A DNA stretch of 64,000 bases. Source: Candidatus Margulisiibacteriota bacterium (GTDB lineage: Bacteria > Margulisbacteria > Marinamargulisbacteria > JBFWNS01). Position numbers and translations under genes: made by a program. Shown in pieces: positions 19,342 through 27,432 of the stretch. Below the pieces are notes generated by a model, which was given only the letters and a program-made list of their open reading frames with translations, searched no databases and was not told where the DNA came from. The DNA is taken from assembly GCA_050250935.1 (NCBI GenBank), contig JBFWNS010000001.1:160001-224000 (forward strand). The letters are read 5' to 3'. Positions within the stretch are counted from its first letter, which is position 1. Every line of letters begins with the position of its first letter.

Positions 19342-20522
19342 TAGGCGTCCTGGGAAAGTTCTGGCGAGGTTGGCTTTAGCAAGAGCACAAAACCCACCGT
19401 AGCCAGCACCAAAACCAATCCAAAGGCAAAATAACTGAGGCGGGTATAGAGCAAGACAAATCCAAAGGCCCCCAGAGGGCCAATAATGCGACTCAGGCTA
19501 CCCAATCCTTCGTAAAGACCCATGAGTGCGCCCCGGCTATCAGCGTGGGCAAATCCAGACAATAACGAGGGCATATAGGCATTGACCAACCCGACGCCCA
19601 GGGCCAGGGCCGCCAAGGAAACCAACAACATCCCCAACCCATGGGCCATGGACAATCCAAAAACGCTTAGGGCCGTAATGCTTAAGCCTACCCCCACCAT
19701 GCGCTTCAGGTTGCGGGTTGCGCGTCGGGTGATACCCCCTTGAACCACCAACATCATCAGCCCCACAAACACAAACAGCCAGCTGTTTTGCTGGGTGGTA
19801 TAGCCAAAAACCCGGTGGGTAAAGGCCGAAAACGAGGTCTCGAAACCGGAAAACAAAATCATATACACCATTTGGGTTAGGCAAATAATGCGAACCGGGC
19901 GGCTGGTTAACCGGGTAGGCAAGGCTTTAAGACTTTCCAAAGCCGATTCTGATTTTTTTCGAGACTCCGGCTCTTTTAAAAACAGGACCGTTATGAGGGT
20001 CGCCACCGCCGAAAATCCACCCGCCACCCAGGCCGGCAAGGCATGACCGTTGCTGATTCCAAACAAAATGCCACCCAGGGCTGGCCCTAAAATAAAGCCC
20101 GTTCCAAAGGCAATCCCAATCACAGCCATGCCTTTGGGGCGGTCTTCGGGGCTGGTGATATCCCCCACATAGGCCCTGGCAACCGAAATATTGCCGCCAG
20201 TGAAGCCGTCTAGAAGCCTGGAAATCAAAAACAAGGCATAGGTGTGGGCATTGGCCAAGAGCACATAGGCCAAAACCGATCCCACTTTGCTGATAACCAA
20301 CAAAGGTTTTCGGCCAAATTTATCAGAAAGCGCCCCCAAAACCGGGGCTGCCACAAACTGGGCCAGGGAATACGAGGCCAATAAAAACCCGATCAAGAAG
20401 GGGCTCACCTGAAACTGGCTGGCGATTTGCGGCAAAATGGGGATGAGCAGACCAAACCCAATCAGTTCGGTGGCCACCACCAAAAACAAGATGAACAAAC
20501 TTTTTTTATGGGGTGAATTCAT
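19341..20522 (-). CDS. MFS transporter (TetA/DHA1-like)
   Basis: Motif A GALSDKFGRKP and about 12 TM helices. Confidence 0.92.
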   Translation of the reverse strand: MNSPHKKSLFILFLVVATELIGFGLLIPILPQIASQFQVSPFLIGFLLASYSLAQFVAAPVLGALSDKFGRKPLLVISKVGSVLAYVLLANAHTYALFLISRLLDGFTGGNISVARAYVGDITSPEDRPKGMAVIGIAFGTGFILGPALGGILFGISNGHALPAWVAGGFSAVATLITVLFLKEPESRKKSESALESLKALPTRLTSRPVRIICLTQMVYMILFSGFETSFSAFTHRVFGYTTQQNSWLFVFVGLMMLVVQGGITRRATRNLKRMVGVGLSITALSVFGLSMAHGLGMLLVSLAALALGVGLVNAYMPSLLSGFAHADSRGALMGLYEGLGSLSRIIGPLGAFGFVLLYTRLSYFAFGLVLVLATVGFVLLLKPTSPELSQDA

Positions 20523-21024
20523 AGTGATCTTTCAAAAATTGGAATAGTTGCTGGGCCCAGGCATCGGGATCGAAATCCCCTTCCAGACGAAACACATGGT
20601 CCGCATATTTTTCGTACAGCGGCTGTCGTTCGGCAAAAACGGCTTCGAATCCTTTTTCTTTAAGTCCTACAATGCCGCGCTTGGCTGCATCGGTAACCCG
20701 GCGTTGAATGTTCTCGAAACTGTCTTGCAAATAGACAATAATGGATTGTTTTTTAAGGTGGCGCATGGCCTTTTGGGAATAGACCACACTACCCCCTGGG
20801 GCCAAGACCATTCTGGCCAAATGGGTCAGATTCAAGATGGTCTCTTCTTCGATGCGCATCATGGCATCGGTGCCGGATCGGTCGATGATGTCGATTAAAT
20901 CTTGGTGGGTCCGCTGACGAATCAGCTGATCGGGGTCGATAAACCCATAGTCCATCAGCTTTGCCAGCCGCTTGCCCAATTCTGTTTTGCCCACGCCGGG
21001 CATGCCAATGAGTGTGATTACCAT
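20506..21024 (-). CDS. aroK: Shikimate kinase
   Basis: GMPGVGKT P-loop, PGGSVV, ERQPLY. Confidence 0.9.
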   Translation of the reverse strand: MVITLIGMPGVGKTELGKRLAKLMDYGFIDPDQLIRQRTHQDLIDIIDRSGTDAMMRIEEETILNLTHLARMVLAPGGSVVYSQKAMRHLKKQSIIVYLQDSFENIQRRVTDAAKRGIVGLKEKGFEAVFAERQPLYEKYADHVFRLEGDFDPDAWAQQLFQFLKDHYEFTP

Positions 21025-21082
21025 ATTGTTTTTCAGATGATATAATAAAGTCTTTTGTAAATCCCTTCTAGGAGTATTCAGA

Positions 21083-21466
21083 ATGATGGAAACCGTTTTA
21101 ACCCAAAAATCCCCTGTTCCCCTTGGCCACTACAGCCAAGCGGTGATCCACAACGGCCTGGTATATGTTGCCGGCCAATTGCCCATTGATCCCCAACACG
21201 AAAACCAACCCCTTCAATCGTTGGAAGACCAAACCCGCCAAGTCCTTCAAAACCTCGACGAGATTTTATTGGCCTCTGGCAGCGACCGAAACCACGTTCT
21301 TAAAGTCACCATTTACCTGACCGACTTGGCCCACTGGGCAACCGTGAACGATATTTACGGTCGGTTTTTTGGCAAACACAAACCCGCCCGATCTGCCGTC
21401 CCCGTTAAAACCCTTCCCAAGGGCTATTTTTTAGAAATCGACGTCATCGCCGCTCAGGTGAAATAA
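21083..21466 (+). CDS. ridA: RidA/YjgF family enamine deaminase
   Basis: GHYSQA, AGQLPIDP, KPARSAV, LEIDVIA. Confidence 0.92.
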   Translation: MMETVLTQKSPVPLGHYSQAVIHNGLVYVAGQLPIDPQHENQPLQSLEDQTRQVLQNLDEILLASGSDRNHVLKVTIYLTDLAHWATVNDIYGRFFGKHKPARSAVPVKTLPKGYFLEIDVIAAQVK

Positions 21467-21467
21467 A

Positions 21468-21836
21468 ATGAAACCAGAACGCGTAGCGGTGATTGGCGCC
21501 TCTGACAAACCCGACCGCTATTCCTACATGGCCATCGAGCGCCTCCGCAACCATGGCCATGTGGCGTTGCCCGTACACCCCAAGTTAAAAACCGTTCAAG
21601 GCCTGGCCGTATATCCCAGCCTTGCCCAAGTCCCCCACCCCATCGATACCATCACCCTGTACGTTAACGCCGAGAAATCCGCCGCGATGGCCGCAGACCT
21701 CATCGCCGCAAACCCCCGCCGCGTAATCTTTAACCCCGGTACCGAAAGCCCTGCTCTAGAAGCCACTCTCCAAAACGCCGGCATCCAAACGATGGAAGCC
21801 TGCACGCTGGTCCTGCTTTCTACGAAGCAATTTTAA
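21468..21836 (+). CDS. CoA-binding domain protein (YccU-like)
   Basis: VAVIGASDKPDRYS, VIFNPG. Confidence 0.9.
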   Translation: MKPERVAVIGASDKPDRYSYMAIERLRNHGHVALPVHPKLKTVQGLAVYPSLAQVPHPIDTITLYVNAEKSAAMAADLIAANPRRVIFNPGTESPALEATLQNAGIQTMEACTLVLLSTKQF

Positions 21837-22215
21837 TCACAAACGCACAGCGTTTGTGATGGATTGTATACACAAACGACAAGCGTTTGTGGGTCGCAGC
21901 GTTGAAGTAAATTCAACGCCGCTCCCGCTGCGCGGCCTCCGTTCCAGCCTTTTCCAGAGAAACGGATACTCCGTTACAGGGATAATGGGGCTAAAAAAAT
22001 GGATTATAAGCTCGATTGCCAGCGAAGCGAAGCAGTTTCAGATTGTATTCACAAACGCACAGCGTTTGTGGGTCGGAACATTGAAGCAAGTTCAATCTTC
22101 CTCCCGCTGCGCGGCTTCTGTTCCAGCTTTTTCCAGCGAAACTGTTCCTCCGTTCCAGAGATAAGGGGGCTAAAAAAATGGATTATAAACCGATTGCCAG
22201 CGAAGCGAAGCAATC
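21836..22215 (+). repeat. Twin-hairpin element array: half copy (21836..21860) plus two ~179-bp tandem units (21862..22040, 22041..22215)
   Basis: Direct repeat with period 179 bp and multiple internal hairpins. Homologous to 38202..38322 and to minus-strand copies near 2.8 kb and 27.3 kb. Confidence 0.93.
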
Positions 22216-22248
22216 CCAAACCGCGCTAAGCGTTAAGTGTTGGTCTTA

Positions 22249-22420
22249 CCCCCTCCAATCGGGAGGGGGCAGGGGGTGGGGAACCTTATTAGCGAAATGT
22301 CCGAAACCCCATCCAGCCGAAGGCTGCGTGGGTGAGTTTTGAGCGTAAAAGCACAGGTGGGGGGTCCTAGGGGGGCACCTCGCGCAGCGTGGTTCCCCCC
22401 TAGGCGTTAAGCGACGCTTA
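22249..22420. other. GC-rich palindrome cluster downstream of nrdB
   Basis: CCCCCTCC-AATCG-GGAGGGGG; CAGCC-GAA-GGCTG; CCTAGGGGGG...CCCCCCTAGG; TAAGCGACGCTTA. Confidence 0.7.
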
Positions 22421-22422
22421 CC

Positions 22423-23481
22423 CTACCACTCCAAAGTCCCAGTCTGATACTCCTTCACCCGTCCTTCAAAGAAGTTCACTTCAATCATATTCCCTTGGGT
22501 CAATTCATCGATCCAAGGATACGGATTCGTCGCATTCCAAACCTTAGGCAAGCCAATGGCCGCCAAGCGTTGGTCCCCAATAAATTGGAGATACTCTTTC
22601 ATGTTATCGCCAGTAATCCCCAAAATGCCATCACCAATGCAAGACAATCCCCATTCATATTCCATTTGAACGGCATCTTTAACGTTTTGGATAATGAGAT
22701 CTTGGAGCTCTTGGGTCCACAACTCGGGCTGCTCTTCTCGAATGCCGTTAATGATGTTCACAAACAAAGCCACGTGCAAATCTTCGTCGCGGTTGATGAA
22801 CTGGATCATCTCTTTGCTGCCGGGCATTTTGTTATTTCGGCCAAAATTGTAGAAAATTAAGAAGGCGCTAAAGAAAAACACCCCTTCCAAAATCAGGTTG
22901 GTGGTGCAGGCTTCTAGGAACAACTTGTCGTTATCCAAAGTGCCCGTTTTGAAGCCAGGAAAGGCAATTTTAGAGACTGATCTTAAAACCGTTTTGTTTT
23001 TGTAGAACAACCCTTTGTCTTTACGGTACAGCCCGTACACTTCTTCAGCATCAAAGCCCAAGGCTTCGATCATACAAGAATAGGAATCAACGTGAAGCGC
23101 CTCTTCGTAGATTTGCCTGGCCAAAGCCAAACAAACCTCTGGGCTGGTGATTTGGGGTTTGATCAATTCAGACAAGGTCTTGGTGAGCAATCCATCCAAA
23201 TTGGAGGCAAAGGCCAAGGCGCGCATGAAAGCATTCTTTTCGGTTTCGGTGAGCTTGTTGTTGTACCATTGCTCGTAGTCGGTTTGGAAAGGAATTTCTT
23301 CGGCAACCCAGTTGTTCCGTTGCATTTTTTTGAAAATGTCCCGGGCCCAAGGGTGTTTGAGGGGGCTGGCTTGCATCAATCCATCGTCAAACCCGTTGAT
23401 GATGCGGCGTTTGTTGATGATGTCGGCGTTGCTCATGGGGGAGTCTGTAAATTCGCCTTGAAAAAGTTCACTAATAGACAT
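22423..23481 (-). CDS. nrdB: Class Ia ribonucleotide reductase beta subunit
   Basis: Diiron ligands (NLDG, EEALH, LEG, RDEDLH), radical Tyr in HVDSY, C-terminal NFFEGRVKEY. Confidence 0.95.
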   Translation of the reverse strand: MSISELFQGEFTDSPMSNADIINKRRIINGFDDGLMQASPLKHPWARDIFKKMQRNNWVAEEIPFQTDYEQWYNNKLTETEKNAFMRALAFASNLDGLLTKTLSELIKPQITSPEVCLALARQIYEEALHVDSYSCMIEALGFDAEEVYGLYRKDKGLFYKNKTVLRSVSKIAFPGFKTGTLDNDKLFLEACTTNLILEGVFFFSAFLIFYNFGRNNKMPGSKEMIQFINRDEDLHVALFVNIINGIREEQPELWTQELQDLIIQNVKDAVQMEYEWGLSCIGDGILGITGDNMKEYLQFIGDQRLAAIGLPKVWNATNPYPWIDELTQGNMIEVNFFEGRVKEYQTGTLEW

Positions 23482-23499
23482 GGTTTACCTCGCTTTTTT

Positions 23500-26235
23500 T
23501 TATTGACAGGCTTCGCAATCGGGATCGTTGATCAAACAGGCTTTGGGCATTTCGGCAGGAACCGGTTGTTCTACCGCAGGCTTTTCGGCGACCACGGCAT
23601 CTGTCACCGACATTTTGGTGATCTGAGACGCCCCCAAGGTTCGGAGGTAGTAGGTGGTTTTAAGACCTTGTTCCCAAGCGGCCATGTAAATGTCGCTGAG
23701 GGCTTTCCCGCTGGTGGTGTTGCTGAATACGTTGGTAGAGGCCGCTTGATCGATCCATTTGGACCGTCTTGCGGCTGCCCCAATAATCCATTTCCCATCG
23801 ATTTCGAAGGTTTCTTTGTACTTGGCTTTGATGGCCACGGGAATCTCTTCAATGTCTTGAATAGACCCATTGTAGAGCTTGATTTTGGCCACCATGTCGG
23901 GATTCCACAATCCCAGTTTTTCCAATTCGTCGATCAGATAGCGGTTGATCACGATGAAGTTTCCAGACAAATTTTCTTTCATGTAGATGTTTTTATAAAC
24001 CGGTTCTGTGCAGGGATAAACACCGGAAATATTGGCAATGGTGGCGGTGGGGGCGATGGCCATGGTGTTGGAGTTTCTCATGCCGTGTTGGGCAACCTGA
24101 GCTTTCAAAGCAGCCCAATCCAAGCGTTGAGCTTTATTCACTTGGATGGCTTGTCCCCGTTGCTCTTCCAAAACCATTAAGGTGTCGAGCGGGAAAAGCC
24201 CACGGGACCATTTGCTGCCGTCATAGGAAGGATAAGTGCCCCGTTCTTGGGCCAACAAGGCACTGGCCTTAATGGCATAATAAGAAATCATTTCCATGGA
24301 TTGATCGGCAAACTCAAGGTTGGCTTCAGAATCAAAGGCAATGCCCACTTGGAACAAGGCATCTTGATAGCCCATCAAACCCAACCCGACCGCACGGTGA
24401 CGGAAGTTGGCTTTTTCGGCTTCTGGAATGGGGTAAAAATTGTTATCGATGACGTTGTCGAGCATGCGAATGCCCACTTCCACAGTCTTGGCGATTTTGG
24501 CTTCATCCAGGGCCCCATCTTTGATCATTCTGGCCAAGTTTAGGCTAGCCAAGTTACAAACCGCTGTTTCGTCTTTCGAGGTGTTCAAGGTGATTTCGGT
24601 ACACAGGTTGGACGAGTGAATCACCCCACAATGGTCTTGGGGATTACGAACGTTGGCCGCGTCTTTGAAGGTCATCCAGGGATGGCCTGTTTCGTAGAGC
24701 ATGGTCAACATTTTTCGCCACAGATCCAAGGCTTTCACTTTTTTGGCTCGGGGCAAATTTGCAGCTTCGTATTCCACATATTTGGCTTCGAAGGCCTTGC
24801 CGTACAGATCGTGCAATTCGGGAACATCGGCTGGGCAGAAGAAGGTCCAGTCTTGATCTTGTTGAACACGTTTCATGAACAAATCTGGAATCCAGCTGGC
24901 CGTATTAACATCGTGGGCGCGGCGGCGTTCGTCGCCGGTATTCTTTTTCAGTTCTAAAAATTGTTCGTAATCCAAGTGCCACATTTCCATGTAGGCGCAC
25001 ATGGCCCCTTTGCGTTTACCCCCTTGGTTCACGGCCAGGGCGACATCGTTGAAAATTTTGATAAACGGAATGACCCCTTGGGACATGCCGTTGGTGCCTT
25101 TGATTTTAGACCCTGTTGCCCGAACATAGGTAAAGTCGGATCCAATCCCTCCGGCCCATTTGCTGAGGTTGGCGTTGTCGGCATAGAGTTTAAAGATGCT
25201 GTTGAGCGAATCGCCGGCCAAATTGAGGTAGCAAGAGCTCATTTGGCTGTGGGTGGTACCGCTGTTGAATAAGGTTGGGGTTGAAGAAACCAAGTCCATT
25301 TGAGACAACACGTTGTAGAACTCGATGGCGCGGGCTTCTTTATCGGCTTCTTTAAGCGCCAAGCCCATGGCCACACGCATCCAGAACCATTGAGGCAATT
25401 CGTAGATATTTTTTTCCAGGGATCGATCGCGAAGGAAATAACGGTCGATTAAAATCTGAACCCCCAAATAATAAAACAACTTGTCTCGTTCTGGGTTCAA
25501 GGCTGCCGCCAATTTTTCCAAATCGAAGCCAGCTAGCTCGGGATTCAGCATTTCGTAAGAAATCCCTTTGGCCACATAATCCGCAAATTTTTCTTTATAC
25601 AACTCGGCCAAGCGCGGACTATTCATGGGCTCGCCCAAAATTTTGCCGTACAACTCGTTGCTGATGGCGATGCGGGAGGCCAGGTGGGCATAATCGTAGT
25701 GCAATTCGATGCGTTCTCTGGCGGCGGTTAGTACCAAGAGGTCGATTTCGTGCTTAGGGATGTTGTCGTAGACCTGCTTGGTGACCGCTTCGACCATTTC
25801 GGTGATGGACACGCGCATGAGGTCTGGGGCCAATTGGCGCAGCTGCTCTTCGATGGATTTGGAATCGAAGATAACGGTTTCGGTTTCGCTGACTTTGACC
25901 TGAAGTTGCTTCTCGCGGATTTTGTCCAACACCTTTTGTTGGCGAACCTGTTTGTGCATCTCCCGATACACAATGTAGTTGCGGGCAATTTTGTGGTAGC
26001 CCGCTTTCATGAGCATTTCTTCAACCACGTCTTGAACCGATTCCACGATGGTGGTGTCGTTGTTCCCAGACCTGGCGATCATCGCATAGACCACTTCTTC
26101 GGTTAGTTTGGCCACAGCCGCTGTATCCACTTTGTTTTCGGACAAAAAGGCCTTCTCGATGGCACTGAAAATTCGAGCTTTATCGAAAGGAACTTTTTGA
26201 CCGTTGCGTTTGATGATGTAGTGGATTAGGGCCAT
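23500..26235 (-). CDS. nrdA: Class Ia ribonucleotide reductase alpha subunit with N-terminal ATP cone(s)
   Basis: IKRNG ATP cone, TPTLFNSG, SSCY, SNLCTEI, APTA, TTYYLR, C-terminal CEACQ. Confidence 0.97.
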   Translation of the reverse strand: MALIHYIIKRNGQKVPFDKARIFSAIEKAFLSENKVDTAAVAKLTEEVVYAMIARSGNNDTTIVESVQDVVEEMLMKAGYHKIARNYIVYREMHKQVRQQKVLDKIREKQLQVKVSETETVIFDSKSIEEQLRQLAPDLMRVSITEMVEAVTKQVYDNIPKHEIDLLVLTAARERIELHYDYAHLASRIAISNELYGKILGEPMNSPRLAELYKEKFADYVAKGISYEMLNPELAGFDLEKLAAALNPERDKLFYYLGVQILIDRYFLRDRSLEKNIYELPQWFWMRVAMGLALKEADKEARAIEFYNVLSQMDLVSSTPTLFNSGTTHSQMSSCYLNLAGDSLNSIFKLYADNANLSKWAGGIGSDFTYVRATGSKIKGTNGMSQGVIPFIKIFNDVALAVNQGGKRKGAMCAYMEMWHLDYEQFLELKKNTGDERRRAHDVNTASWIPDLFMKRVQQDQDWTFFCPADVPELHDLYGKAFEAKYVEYEAANLPRAKKVKALDLWRKMLTMLYETGHPWMTFKDAANVRNPQDHCGVIHSSNLCTEITLNTSKDETAVCNLASLNLARMIKDGALDEAKIAKTVEVGIRMLDNVIDNNFYPIPEAEKANFRHRAVGLGLMGYQDALFQVGIAFDSEANLEFADQSMEMISYYAIKASALLAQERGTYPSYDGSKWSRGLFPLDTLMVLEEQRGQAIQVNKAQRLDWAALKAQVAQHGMRNSNTMAIAPTATIANISGVYPCTEPVYKNIYMKENLSGNFIVINRYLIDELEKLGLWNPDMVAKIKLYNGSIQDIEEIPVAIKAKYKETFEIDGKWIIGAAARRSKWIDQAASTNVFSNTTSGKALSDIYMAAWEQGLKTTYYLRTLGASQITKMSVTDAVVAEKPAVEQPVPAEMPKACLINDPDCEACQ

Positions 26236-26609
26236 AACTAACTCTCCTTAAAAAATAAAAAATGGATACGAGAAAATGGATACAAGAAAACCCAAAATGG
26301 GCTCTGCCATCTGTACTAAAAAACAATAAAATCAACTTGTAAGTTTGCGAGTTTTCCCTAAGTAGTAGGGGTGACTAACTCAACCTGAAAATTAGGTTTT
26401 TTTGAAGAAGATTTGGGTACCCTGAAAATGGGGTGAAATGCATTATACACCCACGCTTCTTCGGTCCGTCAACAGAAGATTTCATGGATTGTTTATGGTC
26501 TATTTTTGAGACTTGATCTCAATAAAAATCAGGATTCTTGCTTGATCAAAACCCTCGACTTGGGTTAGGGTTAAACCCGAACGTTATCCCCCGCAAAAAA
26601 GGACATTTT

Positions 26610-27104
26610 ATGGCTGACCCCTCGTTTGATATCGCCTCTAAAATTGACTGGCAAGAAATCGTCAACGCCGTTAACCAAACCGAGCGAGACATCGCCAATC
26701 GCTACGACCTTAAAGACAGCGGCGCCACCATCGAGCAAAAGCAAGCGGACTCTAAAATTTTTATTGAAGCCCCAGACGACTATAAAGTAAACGCCATCTA
26801 TGAACTCTTTGTTCAAAAGCTCATCAAGCGTGGGATTTCAGCCAAAGCCGTTAAAGCCGGCGAAATCAAATCCGCCTTGGGTGGCCGAGCTAAAATGGAA
26901 ATAACGGTTCAACAAGGCATTTCCAAAGAAAAAGCCAAAGAAATCACAAAAGACGTCAAGGACAGCGGCTTGAAAGTTCAAACCCAAATTCAGGACGATC
27001 AGATTCGGGTATCTGGCAAAAAGATCGACGATCTACAGGCCGTTATGAAGGTCTTAAAAGCCAAAGACTACGACATTCATATTGATTTTATTAATTATAG
27101 ATAG
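26610..27104 (+). CDS. yajQ: YajQ family nucleotide (c-di-GMP)-binding protein
   Basis: PSFDIASK, NRYDLK, QIRVSGKKIDDLQ, FINYR. Confidence 0.95.
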   Translation: MADPSFDIASKIDWQEIVNAVNQTERDIANRYDLKDSGATIEQKQADSKIFIEAPDDYKVNAIYELFVQKLIKRGISAKAVKAGEIKSALGGRAKMEITVQQGISKEKAKEITKDVKDSGLKVQTQIQDDQIRVSGKKIDDLQAVMKVLKAKDYDIHIDFINYR

Positions 27105-27119
27105 GGGCATCTATAGATG

Positions 27120-27432
27120 GGGGCTTGCGTCGCCCCCTCAACCGAAGCAAGTTCGGTTGAGCCTCCCCCTCACGCTGGCGCTGGGCCTTCGGCCTGGCTT
27201 GTCTTTTTTGTACAGGGTCCTTTAGGCCCCTGCGGGGAGGAAAGTCGAACTTGCTCCAAGTGCGGGCGAGGAGGTTGAATTTAGTTCAACCTCCTCCCCA
27301 CAAAACCTGTGGTTTTGTGATTATAATAAGCCCGTTTTTTAGTACAGGGCCTTTTAGGCCCCTGCAGGCGAACAGCTTTGGATTTACTCCAAAGCTGCGA
27401 CACACAAACGCTATGTGTTTGTGTTTACAATC
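27120..27432. repeat. Composite palindromic repeat: copy 2 of the 2691 block (+) plus two twin-hairpin elements (-)
   Basis: 27120..27194 is identical to 2691..2765. Twin hairpins at 27268..27319 and 27372..27423. Confidence 0.92.

Noticed and set aside
21862..22215. Tandem repeats as a CRISPR array
   Set aside because: Only two long (~179-bp) units, similar along their whole length, with no unique spacers and no cas genes.
21856..22229. ORFs 21856..22164 and 21999..22229 (also 2685..2981 and 27251..27439)
   Set aside because: They lie in palindromic repeat DNA and have no RBS or recognisable protein features, so they are treated as spurious.
22423..23481. Possible class Ic (Mn/Fe) or metal-free class Ie RNR
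   Set aside because: The first ligand is Asp, the radical Tyr is present and all carboxylate/His ligands are retained, which fits ordinary class Ia.
23092..24180. 362-aa antisense ORF over nrdA/nrdB and many similar shadow ORFs
   Set aside because: These are antisense shadows of well-conserved genes, expected from codon bias.
26236..26540. Cobalamin riboswitch upstream of nrdAB
   Set aside because: No B12-box or GCCACTG/GGGAA core seen on the minus strand.
26311..27347. 14-bp inverted pair CTGTACTAAAAAAC / GTTTTTTAGTACAG flanking yajQ as transposon ends
   Set aside because: The match is short and A-rich, the enclosed gene is housekeeping, and no transposase or target duplication is evident. 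It may be a stray remnant of the repeat tail.
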